From Planctomycetota bacterium (lineage in GTDB: Bacteria > Planctomycetota > B15-G4 > SIAN01), in assembly GCA_031409275.1 (NCBI GenBank), contig JANNXA010000051.1, forward strand, positions 224,001 to 288,000: 64,000 bases of DNA. The letters are read 5' to 3'. The notes beneath the pieces are model-generated. The model was not told the origin of the DNA. It ran no database searches and saw only the letters and a list, made by a program, of their open reading frames with translations. Shown one piece after another: positions 59,745-64,000 of this stretch (position 1 is its first letter; each line of letters starts with the position of its first letter). The position numbers and the translations under genes are program-made.

Positions 59745-61595
59745 ATGCGAACGCGCCTCGCCTATTTGCTGATCGCCGGGCTCGCCGGACTTGCCGGCGC
59801 TGCCGCTGAGCTGGTGGCCATCGCGACGCTGCGCCCATGGACACCGCCGACGTTCTGGCAGACCGCGGGCGAGCTGGCCGTGCTGTGGAGCGCCGCCGCC
59901 ATCGGCGTGGCGCTGCTGCGGCTCGTCACGCGGCGCGATGCGGCGCTCCAAGGGGCCTTCCTCTGCGGGCCGATCGGCTGGAGCGTGGCCTGGTTCCTCA
60001 CCCGTCTCGATGGCGGTGGCCGCCTCGACACCGGAGTCGTCGCCTTCGTCGGCGCCCTGCTGCTGTGGGCCCTCTTCTTCGTTCACGGCCGCCTCGACAA
60101 GGGGTGGACCCGGCTGCCCGTCGTCGCGCGCCCATGGACCTGGCTCGTGCTGGCACCGCTGCTGCTGTGCGCCGCCGTCTGGCGCCAGCGCGTACGCACG
60201 CCCGCACCCATCGATCGCCCCGCCGCGGCCAAGGCGCCGAGCATCCTCTGGATCTCGCTCGACACGTTGCGCGCCGATCGAATCGGCGCCTACGGCAACC
60301 GCGACGGCCTCACGCCGCACCTCGATGCGCTCGCCAAGGAAGGCGTGCTCTTCGAGACGTTGACCTGCCCGATGCCGCTCACCGCCCCTTCGCACACGGC
60401 GATGCTGACGGGACTGGCGCCGCACGAGAGCGGTGTCACCAAGAATGGGCAGCCGCTGCCGCTGCACTCGGCCACCTTGCCACGCCTCTTCGCCGCCGAG
60501 GGCTACGCGACCGCCGGCTTCGTCTCCGGCTTCCCGCTGTTCCAGCGCTCCAGCCACTTCGCCGACCACTTCCAGTGGTACGACGACGAGTTCGATCCGC
60601 GTGCGCCGCTGTGCGAAGGCGGACGCAGCTCGCCGCTTGGAAGCGTGGCGCTGCGCGCGCTGCGCGGCCAGCTGAACTGGAAGGAGCCGATCGAGCGGCG
60701 TGGCGACGTCACCGTCGAGCGCGCGCTCGAGTGGCTCGACCGCGACGACGCAGCCGCACGACCGTTCTTCCTCTTCGTGCACCTCTACGACGTCCACGGC
60801 GAGTACGTCCCGCACGAGCCCGGCGTCGCGCGCTCGCGCTTCTGGGACCTCGGGCCGACGCGCGAGCGCCTCGCCTACCTTGACGATCCGCAGAACCGCG
60901 AGCAGATCTCGCGTCTCTACGACGGCGAGGTGAAGTGGGTCGACACCCAGGTCGAGCGCCTCTTCGCCCGCTTGCGCGAGACGAAGCGTTACGACAACAC
61001 GCTGGTGATCGTCACCTCCGACCACGGCGAGAGCCTCGGCGAGCACGACTACTGGTACGAGCACATCAACCCGTACCACGTCGAGACCCACTGCCCCGCG
61101 ATCCTGAAGCTGCCGCACGGCGAGGCGGCCGGCACCCGCGTGACCGGGCCCGCGCAGACGCTCGACCTCGCGAGGACGGTGGCCGAGATCGCCGGTGCCG
61201 GTTTCGAGGTCCCGGGGGCGAGCCTGGTCGGCGCCATCGAGAGCGGCCGCATCGGTCGCCGCACGATCCTCTGTCAGAGCATGTTCGACTTCACCAACTC
61301 GTTCTTCGCCGTGAGCGCGTGGGACGGCCGCTTCAAGCTGCTGCGCCGCTCGGCGGCGTTCCAGCGCTACGACAGCAAGCGCGTCGCCGCGACCGAAGAG
61401 CTCTTCGACCTGCAGGACGATCCCGGCGAGACCAAGGACCTGCTGAAGAGCGGCGCCCTGCCTGAAGAATTCGACCTCGAATCGATGCGCCGCGAACTCG
61501 ACGACTACTTCGCGAAGTGCCTCGAGGCGGGTCCGGCGCACGTCGACGAAGACGTCGCCGCGCAGCTGAAGAAACTCGGCTACACGGGATCCTGA
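59745..61595 (+). CDS. Membrane-anchored sulfatase-like (alkaline phosphatase superfamily) protein
   Basis: ~5 TMs, DTLRAD, TAPSH, SDHGE, ELFDL..DPGE. Confidence 0.85.
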   Translation: MRTRLAYLLIAGLAGLAGAAAELVAIATLRPWTPPTFWQTAGELAVLWSAAAIGVALLRLVTRRDAALQGAFLCGPIGWSVAWFLTRLDGGGRLDTGVVAFVGALLLWALFFVHGRLDKGWTRLPVVARPWTWLVLAPLLLCAAVWRQRVRTPAPIDRPAAAKAPSILWISLDTLRADRIGAYGNRDGLTPHLDALAKEGVLFETLTCPMPLTAPSHTAMLTGLAPHESGVTKNGQPLPLHSATLPRLFAAEGYATAGFVSGFPLFQRSSHFADHFQWYDDEFDPRAPLCEGGRSSPLGSVALRALRGQLNWKEPIERRGDVTVERALEWLDRDDAAARPFFLFVHLYDVHGEYVPHEPGVARSRFWDLGPTRERLAYLDDPQNREQISRLYDGEVKWVDTQVERLFARLRETKRYDNTLVIVTSDHGESLGEHDYWYEHINPYHVETHCPAILKLPHGEAAGTRVTGPAQTLDLARTVAEIAGAGFEVPGASLVGAIESGRIGRRTILCQSMFDFTNSFFAVSAWDGRFKLLRRSAAFQRYDSKRVAATEELFDLQDDPGETKDLLKSGALPEEFDLESMRRELDDYFAKCLEAGPAHVDEDVAAQLKKLGYTGS

Positions 61596-61625
61596 AGCGG
61601 GCGCCACCAAGTCGACCACGTCCGT

Positions 61626-63221
61626 TCAGGAGCCGGCCGCCTCCGGCCGCCGCTCGTAGAAGGTGAACCACTGGAACGGGCCGTGGTCGCCGACGCGCTC
61701 GCAGCGCCGCACGTAGTCGCGCCGGAACGTCGGGTCATCCCAGATCTCGCGCTCCGAGCGGAACTTGAGGCGCGTCTCCATCTCCGCGTCCTCGACCGGA
61801 TGGTCGAACACGGCGACGTTGCCGAGCAGCAGGTAGCGCGGGCGCCGCGACAAGACGTAGCGCCCATCGCCTTTCTCATGGCCGGCGCGCCCCTTGCCCA
61901 TGTCCGGAATCACGACATGCGCGATGTGGCGGTTGTTCAAACCGAGCATGTCGAGCAGCGGCTGGCGCATGTACCAGCCGATCGACCCCGCGGGGGTCGC
62001 GGCGACCAGTGAGTTCGCCGGGGCGTGCGCCGACAGCCACTGCGCGGCCACCTTCTGACGCGCGACGAAGTAGTTGTCGAACCAGGTGAAGTCGTGGTCG
62101 CTGCCATTGCCTGGAAAGAAGAGCCCGGAGCGCGGCTCGAGCTTGCGACTCGCGGCAGGGAAGAGCGCCGTGCCGAGCAGCGGCCGCACGGAACAGAAGC
62201 CGGTCGCGATCAGGAGCGCCGCGGCGACCGTACGCCGCGCCATGAGCACGCGCAGTCGCCCGATCAGGTCGCTCGCGCCCGCCGCGAACAGAAGGGCCAG
62301 GAACGGCAGCAGCGGCACGATGAAACGGAAGAAGCCGAGCGACTCGCCACCCACCGACACGACGTAGAAGAGGCCGGCCGCGAGAAAGGCGCTCGCGAGG
62401 CGAAAGAGCGGCTCGCCACGTCGACGCCACGCTCCCCACACGACCAGCGGCACGATCCACACGCCGTACGCCACCACGTAGTCGCGCAGATAGTCGACGC
62501 CGCGCCACCACTGCGCCGAGCCGCCGCCGACCTTGGCGTAGAAGGTGTTGGGCACCAGGTCGCCGTAGTAGCGCCAACGCCACCACCAATAGGGGCCGTA
62601 GATCAGCGCGAACAGGAGCCCGCCGCCGAGCGCCAGTCGCCACCGTCGCTCGTGCGCGAACAGGAGGCGCAATCCCAGCAGCGCGTGCAGGAAGACGATG
62701 CCGTCGGGCCGCGTCATCGTCGCGAGCGCCAACAGCAACGGCGGCGACCACGTCGCCCGCAGCGAGCGCTCCGCGCCGTTCGACGCGCCGCTCTCGACTG
62801 CGACCGCACCGATCAAGAGCAGCGCGAAGAGCGTCGTCTCGAGGCCCGCGGTCGACCACGCCATCAGCGGCGAGTGGAGCGCCAAGGAGCAGGCGAGCAA
62901 GCCTCCGATCAGGCGCCCGAACCGTCGCTGCGCCAGCAGGCCCGTCGTCACGACGACCGCCGCCCCGCAAAGCAGCGCGGCCGATTGCGCCGCGCGCGGC
63001 AGCGACTCGGCCGGAACGAAGCGGTGGATCGCCGCCAGCAGCGCCGTCCAGAGGAAGTTGGTGTAGCCCTCGACTCGCTCGCCGACATTGAAGACCGGGC
63101 CGAAGCCCTCGACCCAATGGCGCGCGTAGCGAAGCGTGATGAATGTGTCATCGACGATGCGATCGGTGAACCACCCGCCCGCGATCAGCAGCAGCGCAGC
63201 GGCGACGATCCAACCCATCAT
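61626..63221 (-). CDS. GT-C-like membrane glycosyltransferase
   Basis: DDTFITLRYA, VEGYTNFLW, GLET, TRPDG, PNTFYAK, DMLGL; TGATG coupling. Confidence 0.75.
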   Translation of the reverse strand: MMGWIVAAALLLIAGGWFTDRIVDDTFITLRYARHWVEGFGPVFNVGERVEGYTNFLWTALLAAIHRFVPAESLPRAAQSAALLCGAAVVVTTGLLAQRRFGRLIGGLLACSLALHSPLMAWSTAGLETTLFALLLIGAVAVESGASNGAERSLRATWSPPLLLALATMTRPDGIVFLHALLGLRLLFAHERRWRLALGGGLLFALIYGPYWWWRWRYYGDLVPNTFYAKVGGGSAQWWRGVDYLRDYVVAYGVWIVPLVVWGAWRRRGEPLFRLASAFLAAGLFYVVSVGGESLGFFRFIVPLLPFLALLFAAGASDLIGRLRVLMARRTVAAALLIATGFCSVRPLLGTALFPAASRKLEPRSGLFFPGNGSDHDFTWFDNYFVARQKVAAQWLSAHAPANSLVAATPAGSIGWYMRQPLLDMLGLNNRHIAHVVIPDMGKGRAGHEKGDGRYVLSRRPRYLLLGNVAVFDHPVEDAEMETRLKFRSEREIWDDPTFRRDYVRRCERVGDHGPFQWFTFYERRPEAAGS

Positions 63222-64000
63222 CAGCGCCCCGGCAGCGCGGCGAGCCGCGAGGCCGCGTGGACCGCCAGTTCGCGCGCGACCAGCTCGTGGCCGGCGCCGT
63301 TCCAATGGCCGTCGTCGACGAAGTAGAGCAGCGGCCCGCGTCGCGCCTGCTCCTGCAACGCCGGAGTCAGATCGAAGTAGTCGATCCCGACGGTCTTCGC
63401 GAACGCCGCCATGCGCGCCGGCAAGTCCGAGCACTGCCAGTGCGACGCCGTGGCGTCCGCCGCATAGGCGCACTGATCGCCGTAGATGCGGAACTTCTCC
63501 GGCACGAACACCAGCACCAGCTGCGCGCCGGCGTCCTTGGTGGACTGCTCCGCGTCCCGCAGCAGCCCCTCCACCAGCGTCAGCGCCGCCAGATCGGCCG
63601 GCGCGAGCGGCTGCGCTGGATAGGGGAAATAGAGGCGTTTGCCGTGATCCGCTCCTTCGCTCGTCAGCGTCCCCGACTGCTGGCGCGCCCGCGCATCATC
63701 CTGCCGCGCGCGCGGGGCGACCAGGCAGCCCGCGAGGCCGACGAGGCTCGCGGTGAGGCTGCGCACGACGTGGCCGGCCTTCAGCTCGATGGTCGCCGCC
63801 ATCTCGCGGCGATCCTGCTCGAAGCGCGCGGCGTCGGCGAGGTCATTGCCTTCGAAGAAGAGCCAGTAGACCAGCCGCGGCTCGAGCGGCAGCGCATGGC
63901 GGCGCAAGACGATCAGCTCCTGCTGCGGACCGTAACCGCCAACTCCGAGGTTGGCGACCGTCACGTCGAGCCGCTTCTCGAGCTGCGTCGTGAAGAGCTC
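63221..64000 (-). CDS. SGNH/AlgJ-AlgX-like protein (5' end off window)
   Basis: NLGVGGYGPQQ, EGND, DGHWN..GH; frame open to window edge. Confidence 0.8.
   Translation of the reverse strand, partial: ELFTTQLEKRLDVTVANLGVGGYGPQQELIVLRRHALPLEPRLVYWLFFEGNDLADAARFEQDRREMAATIELKAGHVVRSLTASLVGLAGCLVAPRARQDDARARQQSGTLTSEGADHGKRLYFPYPAQPLAPADLAALTLVEGLLRDAEQSTKDAGAQLVLVFVPEKFRIYGDQCAYAADATASHWQCSDLPARMAAFAKTVGIDYFDLTPALQEQARRGPLLYFVDDGHWNGAGHELVARELAVHAASRLAALPGR

Overview
High-GC (~70%) bacterial DNA; gene content suggests an uncultured Planctomycetota-like organism (inference). 1-12.7 kb (minus): type IV pilus/T2SS-like operon led by a double-FHA membrane protein, then a PilM-PilN fusion, PilO-like, large TPR protein, GspG-like and LamG-bearing pseudopilins, and a >1147-aa GspK/PilX-like protein missing from the ORF track. 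Middle: AtoE-like transporter, CRTAC1/ASPIC protein, a bulged-hairpin array, archaeal-type proS, tRNA-Ala(GGC), secreted repeat proteins, acyl-CoA ligase, metF, ABC systems, an HDOD-REC-GGDEF cyclase and a pilHIG-like module. 43.5-51.5 kb is a redox region. Its standout is an unannotated selenocysteine (UPPC) glutaredoxin-like gene with a SECIS, directly upstream of a 75%-identical Cys twin and a third paralogue. Nearby are a permuted TrxR-like flavoprotein fused to a membrane polyferredoxin and a 179-bp MITE-like element. The window ends with pgl-tkt-gnd and a surface-glycan modification cluster. All calls come from manual reading of motifs; no searches were run.
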